Source: Flaccisagitta enflata (lineage: Eukaryota). Taken from it: a stretch of 64,000 bases of DNA. The notes under the pieces are model-generated. The model was not told where the DNA came from. It made no database searches and worked only from the letters and a program-made list of their open reading frames with translations. The stretch covers positions 47,802,001-47,866,000 of the forward strand of contig OZ231126.1 of assembly GCA_965153355.1 (NCBI GenBank), written 5' to 3'. The position numbers and the translations under genes are program-made. Each line of letters opens with the position of its first letter. Position 1 is the stretch's first letter. Below, one piece after another: positions 40,035 through 54,300 of this stretch.

Positions 40035-42908
40035 TCATGACACTTTGCGACGTCTTTCTAGGAGCTCCATGATCCATCCCCAAACTTCTAGTCCCATCTC
40101 TTCGCTGTTTTTGATAACAAAGGCGTGTTCATATCCTTCCTCGCAGAGATGAACGTCGCCCTCCGGAAACACTTCCTTCATTTCCCGATAATACGACATC
40201 GGGACCCACGCGTCCGTAGTTCCGTAGAAAAAGCGTAACTTCGACACGTTAGACTGGATGAAATCTGCCAAGGAAACACAGTGGGCCTTAATTGAATTTG
40301 GGTTGAAAAAAATCCTCAAAGGTATTGACTTACATCAGTGGGTACATCCTATAGTGGAGGATTGAAGTTGACCCTAGAAAAAGAACATCCCTTGAAAATT
40401 TTTGCAAAAATCACTAATAGTTTTAATAAAACGTTTTGAATTTTTAAAATATTTGATATTAAACTTTACGATCTATGTATTTCAAATTTCTGATTCAAGA
40501 TTCATATTCCTGGTAAAATCTCAAATCATTTATCAAAAAATAAAATTTTCATTTTCTACGCCACGATTACAAAAAGCCAATGATGGCCTAAAATATGAAA
40601 ATCTTACTCTTTCATGAAAGTATATAGTGTGACCTATCAAATGATTGGAAACTTCACCAGGAATATAAATCTTGAATCAGAATTTCGAAAAGATATATCT
40701 TTGAGATCGATACATACAGGGGCGTATTTGAGCCCAAATTTTTAGGGCAGCAAGCTAAAATCTGTGTCCCAATGAATCTTGTGTCCCAATGATTTTTTCT
40801 ATTACCAATATAACTAATTGTGCAACTTATATGACTAATTAGTATTGCTTTTAATGTAATTATTGTGTTATCATATAAAATAGTCTTGCTTTATTACAGT
40901 GTAAAATATCTACTATTTAAAGTATTAACAAGCACAAGGATGATGTTTTGACATGTGACGTAAAGCATAGTTAGTCAAAAATTATGTCACATTTAGATCA
41001 TTTTACTTTTCACCTCTCGGGGATAAAGCGGAATTGTTTTTTATCAGACATTTTTAAAGAGAATTGCGATTTTTTTTTAACAATTTAAGAATGAGACTTG
41101 ATTCAAATTGACTTGGTTGATGAAGGTCAAGGGCATGGACCTAAATAACTGAATGAATGGCCTAGGGGATGAATAGGCTCAGTAGATCGATCCCAGAAAA
41201 CCCAATTGTATTACAGCTGGAAACATTTCAATCTCTCTCTCTCTCTCTCTCTCTCTCGATGGGGTTTGTGCCCCAACAAAAAGGGCAGCAGCTGCTGCCC
41301 CTGACGCCCCATCAAATACGCCCCTGGATACATAAATATATAGGAAAATTGATACTTTTTGACAATTTTTGCATAAATTTTCAAAGAAAAATTTTTTCAA
41401 AAGGTTTACATCAATTCTTTACTATAAATTATACCTTCTAATACAAGTCACTACTATCGAGGACTTTTTTAATCCATACCCAATTAAGGCCCACTGTGGA
41501 AACGGGGAGTTTTGTATAACCTACGATGATGATAACGGAATCAAGAGCATTTTGGCCACAGTTTGGCCGCAATTTGACCTGACACTATAATACCATCACT
41601 CATTAACACACCTAAATCTAAATCGATGACCGTATTCGCCTCTTCGTAGTACAATTCCAGAACGTTAGCTACGCTCCGCGGTTGGCCCAGCGTCATCGTG
41701 GCGCGGTAAATGCAGTCTGGAATGTGGCCGCGACCCTGAAAGTAGAAACGGACGAGACTTTCGCGCCAAGAAGAAGGTAGAAGTCGGAATAGGTGAAGAG
41801 GAAACGCGAGCAACCAACACGGAATGTTGGATACGAGCGGCGTCAAAAATCGACCATTTGGACTTAACGCCATTCGTTCTAAAGAGGAACAATAAACAAA
41901 ATGGAAGATGCTCAATTACAACACGAGAAAAATTATCAGTGAGCCACTGGTAGGACGGTCATGGGCATAGCGGACGAACGCGACCCCAACTTCCCTTTCA
42001 CCTATGACTTCACCACATATATCAATCGACTTACCGATGGTTGGAAAAAGGAGATACGCTTTGAGAACCCGTTTCTTCAACTCTGGCTTCATTTTCTTCA
42101 TCATTTCGCAAATCATCCAACAGCCGATGGAATGACCGATGAGAATAAGATTGAGATCCGGAACCGCGGCGCCGCCTCCCGGTGAAGACCCGGCCGACGG
42201 TGCAGGGGCGGCGCCTTTATCGTCGCCGAGATGCATGGAAGAAGAGGATTCATTGACGTTACGTTGAACAGAAAGCGCCGGTGAGACAAGATTACGAAAG
42301 GGCAGCATGACGTGGTCTTTAATAAACGCGAGTTTGTGAGCTACCTGCCCACGCAGAGACCGATGCGGATCGCTCTGCTGAAACGGCGGCAAGTGTATCG
42401 GCTCAGAATCCCAATCAGGCTGAACGTGTCCGGCGTGGGAGACGCACCAAACGGGCAACGACCTTCCACTCGCCAAATGAAGAGTTTCCATGAAATACTC
42501 GTAATACTCTGGCACGCCCGGGTTGCCGGGTACGACAATGGCGAGAGTGCGAATGGAGTCGTCAAATGCGCCATATTTAATGACGTGAGTTAAGGTTCCA
42601 CGCACGGACACGAATTCGGCTTCCCGGCGCAATTTGGCGCGAAGACGAAGTCGCGCGGCTTCGGACGAGGAGGATGAGTGACGAGAACGTGGTGGCGACG
42701 CACCCGGGACGGTACCCGAGGGATCGGGGCCACCATCGTCATGGCCGTCCATCGGCGAGGATGAGAATTCGCGACGAGACGCTGTCAAGGCTCGGGCCAA
42801 ATCGGCCGTGCCTCCGTCATAGGCACTCGCCATGGGAGAAGAGAGTTTCCTGAGAAACGTGGTGGGTGAAGTCAACCGAGTCCATTTTGCATTAGAGAGC
42901 AAAATCAT
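40035..42908 (-). CDS. LDAH: Lipid droplet-associated hydrolase (alpha/beta hydrolase); exons 42908(or 42833)-42035, 41878-41612, 40264-40035
   Basis: VPGNPG..EYY, SHAGH, SL..QV.HK, GHSIG nucleophile motif, LLFPTIERM..SPNG, FYG.TD.WVP and HAF. Confidence 0.92.
40277..41498. mobile_element. CACAGTG-terminated non-autonomous DNA transposon (Chapaev/Transib-like) in an LDAH intron
   Basis: TIR CACAGTGGGCCTTAATTG / CAATTAAGGCCCACTGTG, with GAAA on both flanks. Confidence 0.8.
40717..41326. mobile_element. hAT-type MITE nested in the previous element
   Basis: TIR CAGGGGCGTATTTGA / TCAAATACGCCCCTG; 8-bp TSD GATACATA. Confidence 0.9.
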
Positions 42909-43525
42909 TCATGGTTCAGTTCTTGTACTCTTTCCCAAATAAAAGGAATTTGGTCTCAACCTGAAAATGTTCATATGGCAACATGTAACAAATCGATTCC
43001 TATCAGATATCACTGTCACAAAAAGATAGGCCTACTCTACCGCAATATTTCCTTTTCCTAGCTGACACCAGACAAACGCTCGCTACAATTGCACGAAGAA
43101 ATAAATTAACACAGGTTAAAAAGCGTACAAGTTCATGCAATTTGCAATCGGCTTTGATCAATCACCAAAACATCGCTTATCATTGAAGTGGGCTCTATTT
43201 GGGCAATCGAATGATTCTATTAAAAAAAATCGATTTGGACTTAATCTAAGCTCTCTGTCATCAATGCTGCAGTTGTACAGAATTACCATGGAAAAAATTT
43301 CTCTCATAACTTCAGCAATCAATTCTATACAACTACAAACAACCTACAACATACAGCTACATACAACATACATACAACACACACAACTACACGCAGCATC
43401 GATGATGGAGTGCCTAGATCACGTCCAAATGAATTTTCAAAAGAGATTGGGCTCTCAAGATGCAAATGGACCAAGAAAAGCGCTTGGAAATAATGTTTCA
43501 TCACAATGACCAAATTGAGCCCATT

Positions 43526-45054
43526 CTACTTATCCTTGAACATGACTAGAACTTTTTCGTTTGCGATACTTTTCTCATTGAACTTGCAACGCTCTAAATG
43601 TTCGCTCATCCTGAAAGATTCGTCAGTCAGAACCCAATTGTTCACGTTGGCGTTGTTACTGAAAAACCACCGATAATGAGAGACGCGCCATGCCGCGGCC
43701 GTGTCCTCGGTACCTGAGCATAATTATGGAAATTTGGTTAGCAGACAAATCCACGTTAATCGACATAAACCACAAGAGAACATTTGATAGTTCACTAAAA
43801 GCTACATATTACGCCATCAACTCAAAAAAATGAGTACATACCTTTGCTGATTTTCTTCCACACGGGCAAAACCAATCCTTTCTCCTCCAAAAGTCCAAAG
43901 CAAATTTCGCGAAAGAACTTGCAAGTGCGGGAAACTTGATTCAACGAGAATCCATCCAGATGCCGGAAAATGGCTTCCAACACTTCAGGCGGCAAAAGCG
44001 AGACGGAATCTTGTTGAGGGGATTCGCTTTGAATTTGAGGTTTCGCCCCAAAAGCGTCGAGTTGTTCGTCATAAACAATTTGCCCCGTTTCTGAAAATGG
44101 AGCTAATGGACGAACCACGAAAGGACAGCCCAACCTATTAAATGAGGCGGAAAGTTATAAACTGTGTTAGATTTGAACTAGGCCGGATAGACGGCTACCG
44201 AAGTCGCGTGCGGGTGGGCAGTCACCAGGTCATTTGGGCAAAAGCAGTTAGGCCAAAGAAATAAAATCATTGGGAAAAAAATCGAAAAACGTTTTTCGAT
44301 TTTTTGAGTTCCGGGTTAGGAATTAATGTTTCCCTTTTTCGCTTGAGACAATTTGGGAAAATTGGGTCAGAACTAGGCTCGCCCGTGGCTGGGGTTGAAA
44401 TTGGTACAGGGTGAAAGAGGGCACTTTTTTACACCTTCTGGAAAAAAGCAGGGCACTGTGGGACCAATACTTTAGGCGCTATGAATTTTTTAATCTTTTT
44501 TTATTTTCTCACATTTTCGGCACATTTTTCAAAGATCTATATTTTGCATTGATCTCAATTTTTGGCCCTAAGTAACAACAAAAATGAGTTCAGCAGAGGG
44601 CATAGGGAGGGAGGGTGAGGGAGGGAGGGAGGGAGAGCGTGGGAGGGAGAGGGAGGGAGGGAGGGAGAGGGAGGAAGGAGGGAGGAGGGAGGGAGGGAGG
44701 GAGGGAGGAAGAGGAGGGAGAAGAGGGAGGGAGGAGGGAGAGGAGGGAGGAGAGGGAGGAAGAGGGAGGGAAGGAGAGGGGGAGAGAGAGGGATGGAGGG
44801 AGAGGGAGGGAAGAGGGAGGAAAAGAGGAAGGAAGGGAGGGAGAAGGGGAGGGAGTGGGAGGAAGGGAGGAAGGGAGGGAGGGAGAGGGAGGGAGAGAGA
44901 GAGATGGAGAGGGGGAGGGAGAGAGGGAGGGAGGGAGGAAGAAAGTGAGAGGGGGATGGAGAGAGAGGGAGGAACAGGGAGAGGAGGAGGGAGAGAGAAG
45001 GAGAAGGAGAGGGGGATGGAGAGGGAGGGGGAGGGAAGGAGGGTGAGGGGGATG

Positions 45055-45143
<89 letters not shown>

Positions 45144-45228
45144 TGACAGAGAGTGACAGCCACAGAGAGAGAGACAGCGACAGAGACACAGCAAAACAGA
45201 CACAAACAACACACACATGCACACACGC

Positions 45229-45274
<46 letters not shown>

Positions 45275-48200
45275 CAGCCCTTAAGATTTTTTTCCGGTCG
45301 GCGAGAGCCGCCTTTACTGGTAAAAAAAGGTAAAGTGTGACCGACCGACCAACCGACGGACAAAGCGGGTTGTAGAGTCGCGTGCACGCGACTAAAATAC
45401 ATGTGTTCTTTTCAATTGCATTTACTTTCATAACAGTGCGCCGCAAAATAAGGTATCCCTCATAATTTAAAGCCAACAATCATCGTTTACCATCGGCAGC
45501 CATAGTCCGAGCTGCGCTTTTTACCTGGCCAGCGGGCATCTTCTCTCGACCCAACCTCCTAAACCGGAATCCACGACGTCATGCGCAAAGCGCGAGTGAC
45601 TCTCGAACTCGTCGCGCCGAAAATCCTGAGCGCACAAAAACGTGAACATGTTTTGGGGTTTGGGATATGAACGGCGCAGCATTTCTTTGTTGAGACGAAC
45701 AACGGCTGCACGAGACTTTTTCTTGTGGACGATAGGGGGCGATGAGGATGAAAAAGACGCGGCAGATTTGGCAAGTGAGGCAGTTGTGGTGGTTGAGGTT
45801 GAGATGGCAGCCGTTTGAGCTTTCGTTATGTCATAATCGATCGCAGTTGCCTTTGCCAACGGCGATTGTCCGTAGGAAGCGGCGAGTTGCTTGAGCCCGG
45901 CTAAACCAAAACCCATAATTTGACTAGCTTCGTGGTTAGTCCGAGATTCCTCCTCCAACTTGTTCTCGTTGAGCGACAAACCGTTAATGAGTCCCTCCAC
46001 TTGTGGCGCAGAACCAGACTCATCCTCCATACCCATCTCATTCTCGTTCGGGTAATCGCCAATAAAGCTCCAATCTACGACGACCTCTCGTCGCTCGTCA
46101 GATTCCTCCTCCCCGACTAAGTCAACGACGCCATTTTCTTCAAACTCGCCGCCGATAACTTTCAGAGGCGTAACGACAAAGACGCGCAAGTTACGCGAGA
46201 TACGTCTAGGACGAGTGCCGGCCGTGATTCGATCGGCTTTTCTCAACTCGATCGCCATGGAACGCATTCTTTGCACCGTTTCTGTCATTCCACGATAAAT
46301 CGCTTCATGAGCCACGCGGGATGTTAACGCGTCAATCATGGAGATTCCGCCTTCTTCCGCGACGTAGTCGTCGGGGAAACCATCGGTGAGAGCCCCGGCA
46401 TCGCGCAAATTCTTCCACGTTCTAGCCACCATCGCCAAATTAGGCGCGACTCTTTCGTCCAAATCTGCGGCCCACTCTTCCAAGTCCGACGCCACGTCGA
46501 GCAGTTGTTCGGCGATTTTCTTCGGGTAGACCACCAAATCCTCCATCACCGCGTCGGCGATTTCCGTCACTCGAGCCGCGTCCTTTTCTACGTTGAGCAA
46601 GATTTCGGCGACGTTTTCCGTTTCGACGCTGAGCAACGCTTCGACGCTGGGCAGATCAACGCCCGATAAAGATAGCAGAGAGCGCGACAGACGACCAAGA
46701 GATATGGGAGGAACGGCAGAAGGCGGAGAATTCCCATCGATGGATTCGCTGTCATGATCGCTTTTAACGTTATTATCATGGTATTTGTCGAAATTTTTAT
46801 TATTATTCAAGCTGTCGCATTGGCCGCACTGATTATCGGAATAAGAATTTGGTGCTCCTTTGACAATACCATTGGGGTGATCATCTGAAATGAAACAAAA
46901 GTTGATACCAGATTATATACGACATTCACTGGACACCCACATTATAGCGTTGGCAACGTTACTAGCTTTAGTACTTTAGTACAACGTTACTAGCTCTAGT
47001 ACTCAATGCTCGTCAAAGGTAACGATTCACACATAGGGTAGAGTGGGGTAAAATGGGTCAGCGGGGTAAAGTGGGTCACTTAACTTTTTTTTTAAATCTT
47101 GCTAAAATCTGTTGAAATGAAGCAATTTTTGCTTCTGATCTGGGGAAAAGGATGCCATATCCTCCTCCAAGACAGATAATTGCCCCTTGTTTGTAATATT
47201 TGGATGCATTGTGAAATTAAATAGTAAATTGATAAAAATTGTGCGTTGCTAGGCATAGAACCAACTTCTGGTTTCCATGGAGACCAAATAGAGGAAGAAA
47301 GCAATTACCCACTGCCTACGTACTACGGATGGACGGTTAAATATGAGCAGTAATAGTTTTCAGTTTTTATGTACAGTTAGCTTAAAAAGTAATTAAATTT
47401 AATTTAGTAATGTGGGGTAAAATGGGTCACCATGCTAAAATCATGAAATTTTCATCAAAATGCTGAAATATGCCTGTTATCCAATGTCATGGGTCAGAGT
47501 AAGTGAAATACAGCTCATTTCTGCCCTGAACATCTTGTTCCATTGTTGTTTAAAGATTTTATAATATAAATATAATGATCTGATACTAAACCGTTCTTTT
47601 CAAAAAAACTTATCATATAACCATATATTTTTTTGCCTTTAATTATTTTTTTTTAGATAAATTGGTACGTTAGGTCACTCATTTTTCACTAATGCGTTGT
47701 AGCCCTTCACTTGGAATAAAGTAGTGGTCGATATTTTTTGAAAGAAGGTAGGTGACCCATTTCACCCAACCTAGATGGGGTAAATTGGGTCGCCTACTTG
47801 TTTTAAAAAAGGGGTGGGTTGCCCTCTTTGCTCATTCCTAGGAGGCAATTTTCTTTTTTGTGGTAGTAGAGAAAACACACATTGTCTGTAATCAATCATA
47901 AAATTCTTCATTTTCATAAAAAAAATAAGAGATATTAAAGAAATAATCGAAAAAGTGACCCATTTTACCCCACTTCACCCTATCAAATGGAAACATTCAC
48001 CTGAGCTCACGGTGGCAAGACTTGATTGCGCCGCGGCGCTCTCGTTGGCGCCCCATATGAGTGGAATCTCCACCGGGGCTGCCGGATATTTCCGATTGAT
48101 GTTGTTCCTCAGCGCGCTTTTGAGCTTCAGCGGAATCGATCGACTCGCGTCTAACACACGTTGATCCCGATTCATCAACGCCACGTCCAGATAATCGCGA

Positions 48201-48712
48201 GAATCGCGGCCAATCGCGTGTCTACTGGACCCAGCCACCGCCTGGGACGCAGCGGCGGCGGCCGAACTGCGCATGATCGTCCAATCGTCGGTTGGGTTGG
48301 AGGCAGAACAAAGATCGTCGTCTTCCGCGCTTTGAGCACTGACGGTCGAATCCAACGGATCGGAGATCGACCATCGATTCCATTCAGCCATGCAACGAAT
48401 CACGGAGGCGGGACACGTCTGCAAATGCACGTGCATGTCGCCTCGTCGCAGTTCCCAAGCGCAGCCGTTGCAGGCATTAACGCAAGGGACGCGCTGAAAG
48501 AGGCAAACGAGACTAGCGTGGTCTCCGACTTGGCACGCGTGAGGCTCGAAGGAGCAACCGGCGTTAGGGCACCGAACTAATGGACAGCAAGCGCCACCGT
48601 CGATTTTACGATTACGCTCATGAGTTCGTCTGGAGAAGCAAGAGTTACATGGGGCGTGTAGAGCTTGTACAGCTAGTTGAGCGTGTAGAGCTTGTAGAAC
48701 GTGTTCCGCCAT
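43526..48712 (-). CDS. F-box only protein 30/40-like (TRAF-type zinc finger + F-box); exons 48712-48001, 46884-45525, 44134-43842, 43713-43526
   Basis: N-terminal CPLVRCPNAGC..H....H...C....VPCVN...GC and CPASVIRCMAEWNRW; FRRDEF..H...H.....L.GWVE.RCPLA..GCPF; F-box LPPEVLEAIFRHLDGFSL. Confidence 0.9.
44600..45270. repeat. Polypurine (GGA/GGGA) tract followed by (GA)n and (CA)n, intronic
   Basis: Directly visible low-complexity sequence. Confidence 0.9.
47036..47980. mobile_element. TA-flanked MITE (Tc1/mariner/pogo-type) in F-box gene intron 1
   Basis: TA-GGGTAGAGTGGGGTAAAATGGGTCA / TGACCCATTTTACCCCACTTCACCC-TA, with internal copies of the GGGGTAAAATGGGTC motif. Confidence 0.85.
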
Positions 48713-51373
48713 GGCTACATGAAAGTGGCACCCTCGCGCCTTTCAGTTTTAAGATTCAATATACTCATACTGTCTCGAGTTTTCCCCTCATTCTCAGCAA
48801 CTTCCACCTGTTGTAAAACAAAGAATGATTTTTATTCTTGAATTTTTTTCTAATTTCACGAGCAAATGATCATTTATTTTAACCTTTAACGCCTAATTAA
48901 GAAGGGGGTGTTACGCGATGAGAGAGAACGATAGACACAGAGGCGATTTGACAAGATAGATACACACAAATTGAGTTGTAAAAGCGGAATTGTGGAAACA
49001 AGAAATTGAGCTACATCGGTGTTAATTTTTTTTTTCTTCAAATTGATCACTGAATTTATTTTCTTTTGAAACTGATTCTTTTATTCTTTGATGGGGGATG
49101 AAGTTACGAGTCTTTGGGTAAGGAATAAAGATTAAAGGAAAAGAAAAAACAATGATCGGTGATGACTAGCGTTAAAAATCATTTGCGGGGACACACAGAA
49201 CTGTTTTCTTCTTTTTTTTTTGTTACACAAAAGCAACATAAACGGAGGTATATGACAAAAACGCAAACCCGCGCCGCGTGTCAAAAAAGAAAAAAACTTT
49301 ACAAAAACTTTACAAAAAGGGTCTGAATGTAACAGTGTAAAAATGATTGTAAAATTCACTGCGTTCATTAGAGGAGCGAATAGAACAAAATACGGAATTC
49401 GATGAGGAAATGGTGGCTCTGAAAAAAAAAAACTGCTTAAACTTAAACATCTATCCTACGATCTCACTCAGCGGTTAAGTAAATCCTAACCAATCAACGG
49501 AAGAAACTAAAGTTAAGCTTCGTTCATTACGACCTGAATTTGAAAGAAATCCCTTGTTAATTTAGAAATCTTAAATACATTCAGTTCAGTTGCACTTGAA
49601 TAAATCTAAGCCACCTTATCCTCTCAGAAAAGCGCGAAAGACGAAGCGAAAATTTCGCGAAATAAGCATCTTGACAGTACATAACCAGCAAAGCATGAGA
49701 CGTACCAGAAAATTTGACTAGAGAGGGTAATACACAAACAATCTTGTGAAGCAAAAAAAAAAAAAGTTCGTAGAATCCTAAAAAAACGAGATTAAGTCGA
49801 AGACATGGACTAGAATTTGACAGGAGACGTATTCAGAAGAGCAGGGAATGGATAAACAATATCAATTGGAATCTTAGAATCTAAGCTTGAATAAAGTGTC
49901 CTTTTCAAAATCGGAGAACCTTACATCCATTTGTAAATTTCTCTTTGACGCCCTTAAAAAAAGAATAGTCCAGCTCTGATTCTGACTGACATTTTGCCAT
50001 ATACATTTTACTATCAATAAGAACGATCACGTACATCGAAATAGGCGCGATTTGACATGAGAGAGAATTCGAACTCGGGAATAATTCAATATTCTGTTTT
50101 CAAAATTCTCGAAAGACAAAAAAAAAACGGAAGTAAATCTCGTGAAAGTTCTCGACGAAGAACTCCCTCGGTAACATCACAGTGGCGTGAGTGGCCAAAA
50201 AACCACTTGGAATTTATGAGGATGTGGAGTATTAACGATTGGTGAAAACAATGGAAAGAACTAGAGGACTAAACGGGTTTGCGGTAAAAATTAAATTATG
50301 CTTAGTAACTACAAACTGTATTTTCCTTCACCTAATTGATCTAAATATATTTTTATTAGATACACAATTTTGTCAAAAAGAAAAACCCCGCAAACCCGCT
50401 TTGCTACAAAAAAGGCAATAACTGACCTATGAAAAGAACGTTGAGTATCCTTTGAAAAATAAACTACTAAGTACATGAATTCTTCCCGCTCCCTCATCCA
50501 TTACCAAGTTCGGTAAAATTCATCGGTGGTAACGGGCTAGCTAACGGGCAACGAGAAGAAAAGGGGTGGGGGGGATGAGATGAAAGGTCCAACACTGAAA
50601 AGAAATGAAAGCAAACTGTGTTGATGAATTATCTTTGGTGTAATGAGAACAATGGTTACACCATCCACTGCGTATAATTGCCTTCCTCACCCACATCGGG
50701 CAATTCTTTTGCGCGAAAGAACCTTTCTGATATGACACGAAAACAAAGAGCCTTGATAACGAGATTTCATCCCCTTCCCGATGCATACGAATATGCAACT
50801 AAGTAGAACATTCGAACAGACGGCCAACACGAAGAGAAATGATACCCAAAAATTTTGATTCGAGATGATCTTAACCAGATGCCGACCGCTTAGCAAATTT
50901 TTAATTGAAAAACAAACATATGTATGTCTCACTTCATCATGATATTACATATCATGAGGTTGCTGATAGCTCTAGATAAAACGATAGGTTTTTTTTTGGT
51001 TTGAAGGATCACACAGTTGCGGCGCAAGACCCAGGGGGGTGCCAGGAGAGAGACTAGGACGTAGTAAAACTCTCCCTCTTCAAAATGCATTGGAAAAGAA
51101 ACGTTTTCTGATACAACTGCGCCAAAACATTTCATTTCCAGTGCGAATCGGAACGCAGCGCAAATGCATCTTGTGGTGTTGGTTATTCAAAGTTGATATG
51201 TAATCCATAAAGTCGGGAAAAATTTTTTTCCGCACAAAATCTTTTTGCTAGAAATCTGGTGCTTATCAAATGTGCCAGTGGTAGTTGTCTAACTACGACA
51301 AAAACATTTACTACTACAAGCTCCAGTGAGAAAATTTCTTTTCCTTGACAAGCTGTTAGCCAGAGTCACTCCA

Positions 51374-54300
51374 TCATTTTTCACTTTTTTCCGCGGTAGC
51401 TGAGGAAGCTTTCCCCTTCCCATCATCAGTTTCTTCCTCCTCCTCCTCCTCATCGTCTCCTTCCTCCTCGTCCTCTTGGTCCTCACTCACATCGCGTTTC
51501 CCATCATCGTCGCCCCCTTGTTCTTCCTCCACAACATCCAAAACCTAAATTCAAAAGATTGAATATTGTGGTAGCAACTTTGTCTAACTTACATTTATTT
51601 CTCAAAAAGCCTCGTCGCATTGATGCGCTAACTTGGAAAAAAAGCGTTCATTCCAAAAAACTTTGGAGCACTGCTCCAAAATGAATGAAGCCATAAAAAT
51701 CAGATCAAATTGGTCTCATTTGAAGGGCTGTTTAAATCTTTAAAATGCAACCAAACTGATATCTGTGGCTTAATTCGTTTTGGAGCAGCGCTGCAACGTT
51801 TTTTAACAGGGTGTCCAATAAATTTGGCAAAACATAATTGAACATAAACCATGCTTCTAGGCGACCCAGTAAGCTGAAATTTGGAAAGTATTCTCCCATT
51901 TAGTTCCTTTCTATACAGTACTAGTATCGAAGAACTGTAAAACTGTAGGGAAGCCATATCTGCCAAACGGCTAGGATTCATAATTAAATTCTTTACCACA
52001 TAATGCACCTATAGGTCTACTATGTTGTTTAAGGTTTTGGAGCCATTCCAATAAATTCATTTTTCTTTAGTCCAAAAATTTTTCTTTCAGTTTTTTGCTC
52101 ATTTGGACTAAAAAAATTACACTAAAAAAAAAAATCTCTCATATGTATATTAGTTAGACACATTTACACAAATTTCATTTTTTGTTGGGGATTTTGAGCC
52201 AATTTTTGTAGCTATGGCACCCAAAACTCAAAAAACACAAAAAGTGGTATATTTACTAGGGTTTTCAATAAAATTGCCTGATTTTTGGCGTGGTAGTAGT
52301 TTTAGGACTCACTAATAAGTGTGCAAAATTTCAGCTCTTAAAATGAAATTTTGATACAATTATGAAATTTTGAAATTTTCACAAAATGCAGTGTAGGACA
52401 ATTTTCCATCAAAATTTTTTTTTTTCAAATAAAAAATTCTGTCGATTGTCATATTTTGATATAATTAATAACAAATTAAGAGTCTCTAAAAAATTTTTTG
52501 GGCTAGCCCTAGTTGAAAAAAAATTTTTTCTCAAAAATTGCAAAAATGACCCATTTTTTGAGGTTGAATAAAAGCTGTTCCTGTCATCTGATCATCTTCA
52601 TTTTTGGTAGAGTTGTTACCTGTTATCTACCCTAACTTCACCTAAAATTTGAGCTCACTGCGTCTTACGGTTACGGAGATATTGACATTCAAAGTTACTT
52701 TGTCAGAGCAAAATCAGCAAAATTTGCATTTTGGCCATTTTTGAGCTTGCATAAGATTTTATTTTTTCTTTCAGATACATTCTATTTTGCTGAAGTTACT
52801 CAAATTTAGGCATATATTCATATTCCAGAATTTCACATTTGTCAGTGAAGCCGTTTTAGTGTTATGATGGTCCAAAGTTTCAAAAAACGCCAATTTTTTA
52901 ACAAAAATTATAAAGAAAATTTTTCAAAAAAATTGAAAAAAAAAGTTGTCTTCAGGGTTTTGGATCTGGGCGAATTAGATATTTTCCTATTGTTTTGACC
53001 CCCCCTTTGTAAACCATTTTTTGAAAATTTTTCGCCAATTTTTTACCCAAAGATTTGGTGGAAAAATTGGCGTTTTTTGAAACTTTGGACCATCATAACT
53101 CTAAAACGGCTTCACTGACAAATGTGAAATTCTGGAATATGAATATATGCTTAAATTTGAGTAACTTCAGCAAAAAAGAAGGTATCTGAAAGAAAAAATG
53201 AAATTTTATGCAAGCTCAAAAATGGCCAAAATGCAAATTTTGCTGATTTTGCACTGACAAAGTAACTTTGAACGTCAATATCTCCGCAACCGTAAGTTGC
53301 AGTAAGCTAAAATTTTAAGTGAAGTTAGGGTAGATAACAGGTAACAACTCCACCAAAAATGAAGATGATCGAATGACAGGAACAGTTTTTATTCAACCTC
53401 AAAAAATGGGTCATTTTTGCAATTTTTGAGAAAAATTTTTTTTTTCAACTAGGGCTAGCCCAAAAAATTTTTTAGAGACTCTTAATTTGTTATTAATCAT
53501 ATCAAAATATTACAATTGACAGAATTTTTTATTTGAAAAAAAAAAAATTTGATGGAAAATTGTCCTACACTGCATTTTGTGAAAATTTCAAAATTTCATA
53601 ATTCTATCAAAATTTCATTTTAAGAGCTGAAATTTTGCACACTTATAAGTGAGCCCTAAAACTACCACCACGCCAAAAATCAGGCAATTTTATTGAAAAC
53701 CCTAGTAAATATTCCACTTTTTGTGTTTTTTGAGTTTTGGGTGCCATAGCTACAAAAATTGGCTCAAAATCCCCAACAAAAAATGAAATTTGTGTAAATG
53801 TGTCTAATATACATATGAAAGATTTTTTTTTAGAGTAATTTTTTTAGTCAAAATCAGCAAAAAACTGAAAGAAAAATTTTTGGACTAAAAAAATGAATTT
53901 GTTGGAATGGCTCCAAAACCTTAAACAACATAATAGTCCTATTGGTGCATTATGTGGTAAAAAGTTTGATTATGAATCCTAGCCGTTTGGCAGATATGGC
54001 TTCCCCAGAGTTTTACAGTTCTTCGATACTAGTACTGTATCAAAATGCGGAGATTTTTAAAGTAATTATGCCTAGGACAAACTCTTTAATTTTGTGGGAT
54101 TTTCACCAATAAAACATCGCAGAGGATAGCAACCTTTTAACTATATTTTACATCAAATTTGGTGTCCAAATTTGGTCAATAAATAGGTGGGTATACATCA
54201 TTGAAGCAGAAAAGTTAATCTTTCTCAAAATTGTCCATCAAAGCCATTTTTTTATCCAGACCACTTGCGATGAACCTCTTTCCTTATAGTGATATCTATC

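Noticed and set aside
44555-45479. Long Pro/Ser/Leu or Gly/Arg/Glu ORFs
   Set aside because: Polypurine and dinucleotide low-complexity intron sequence.
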